Source: Octopus bimaculoides (Eukaryota). From it: DNA of 64,000 nucleotides. Shown here one piece after another: positions 62,891 to 64,000 of this stretch (the stretch's first letter is position 1; the number at the start of each line of letters is the position of its first letter). A program made the translations under genes and the position numbers. The notes beneath the pieces were generated by a model. The model ran no database searches, was not told the DNA's origin, and worked only from the letters and a program-made list of their open reading frames with translations. The stretch covers positions 76,905,178 to 76,969,177 of the forward strand of contig NC_068987.1 in NCBI RefSeq assembly GCF_001194135.2, in the 5' to 3' direction.

Positions 62891-63439
62891 CAAAACCTTA
62901 CTTTCAAATTTTAAGCCCCCAAAATTAGGGGGTTCCTTATACATGTTAAAATACGGTATTTTAAAAATAGTCAGGTGTGATTTCACAGTATTTCTTTGCT
63001 ATTTTCTGCAGGTGAGGCCACCAGAGAGAACGTCACATTGTGCTGCTTATACTCTTGTCCACATAGATGAGAGTTAGAATTCAGTGAATATTTTGGCTGG
63101 AATCTGACGGTAAGATTGTCAGAGATTGTCAGTTCAGTGTCAATGTACAGGTAACCACAAATGTCAGCACACTGAAGGAGTTTCACAGTACAAAACAACT
63201 TACGTCATTAGGACAGAGGTGGCGGTGGCGGTGGTGGTAGTGGGGGCTCGGCGGCGGTAGTGGTGGNNNNNNNNNNNNNNNNNNNNNNNNNNNNNNNNNN
63301 NNNNNNNNNNNNNNNNNNNGGGGGGGGGTGCAGATAACAAGAAGCAATTGTTTCAGTTGTGACAGCTAAGGTGATACGTTTCTGGATCACTTCAGACATT
63401 CACACACTTTTTTATGTATCTACTTTCCAGATATATATA

Positions 63440-63481
<42 letters not shown>

Positions 63482-63669
63482 ACTTACATACATACACACA
63501 CACTTGCACGCAAACACACACACACTCACACACACACACACACTTATACACACACACTTACACACACACACTCACACATGTGTATGTATATATTATATAT
63601 CTATGTATATATATATATATATATATATGTGTATATATGTATGTATATGTATGTGTGCGTGTATATATA

Positions 63670-63705
<36 letters not shown>

Positions 63706-64000
63706 CGTGCATGTATGCATATTTGTACACACATCACGTAAACACACCACTCATACAGATACATATATACATATGCATGTTTGTGCGTCACATGCATGTT
63801 TGTGCGTGACATGCATGTGTACACACACAAACACACACACACACATATATATACAGATATATGCAAAGTAATATTTGCAAACAATAAGCAAAACCAGTGA
63901 AAATATGTCAAGAATGGAGACAGAAAACTCAAAATGATGATAAAGAGAAACTTCAGCTGCTATGATGCATACAAGCATGTGTTTGTGTGTGTGTGTGTGT

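Larger units (their letters stand above)
62440..62956. mobile_element. pogo-like MITE interrupted by the family E element
   Basis: TA|CCATATTTTAAAGTGTCTAAGGGACC...GGTTCCTTATACATGTTAAAATACGG|TA. Confidence 0.7.

Noticed and set aside
63372-63396. Minus-strand CTGAAGT...GAAACGTA hammerhead-like string
   Set aside because: The core is not CUGANGA, and there is no stem I or stem II.

Overview
AT-rich, microsatellite-saturated animal genomic DNA with 15 N-gaps. It is intronic or intergenic, and the repeat landscape looks like an octopus (coleoid cephalopod) genome; that assignment is inference. No intact protein-coding gene can be supported. Nearly all ORF-track entries are microsatellite, N-gap or SINE read-throughs. 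The window is a mosaic of several tRNA-headed SINE families (my own labels A, B, D, F, G), RTE-tailed short elements (C), LINE relics (RTE; R4/Dong-like RLE), a deleted mariner, a hAT relic, pogo/piggyBac/hAT-like MITEs and a probable Helitron end. The most unusual object occurs twice (30.2-30.8 kb and 62.5-62.9 kb). It is a TSD-flanked, head-to-head palindromic element whose arms read tRNA-like Pol III head, (AAT)n, minimal type-I hammerhead ribozyme of the Penelope type, (TAAATAATG)n tail. A second, unrelated minimal hammerhead family lies at 48.5 kb. Motif, TSD and TIR coordinates were counted by hand. Boundaries of degraded repeats are approximate.
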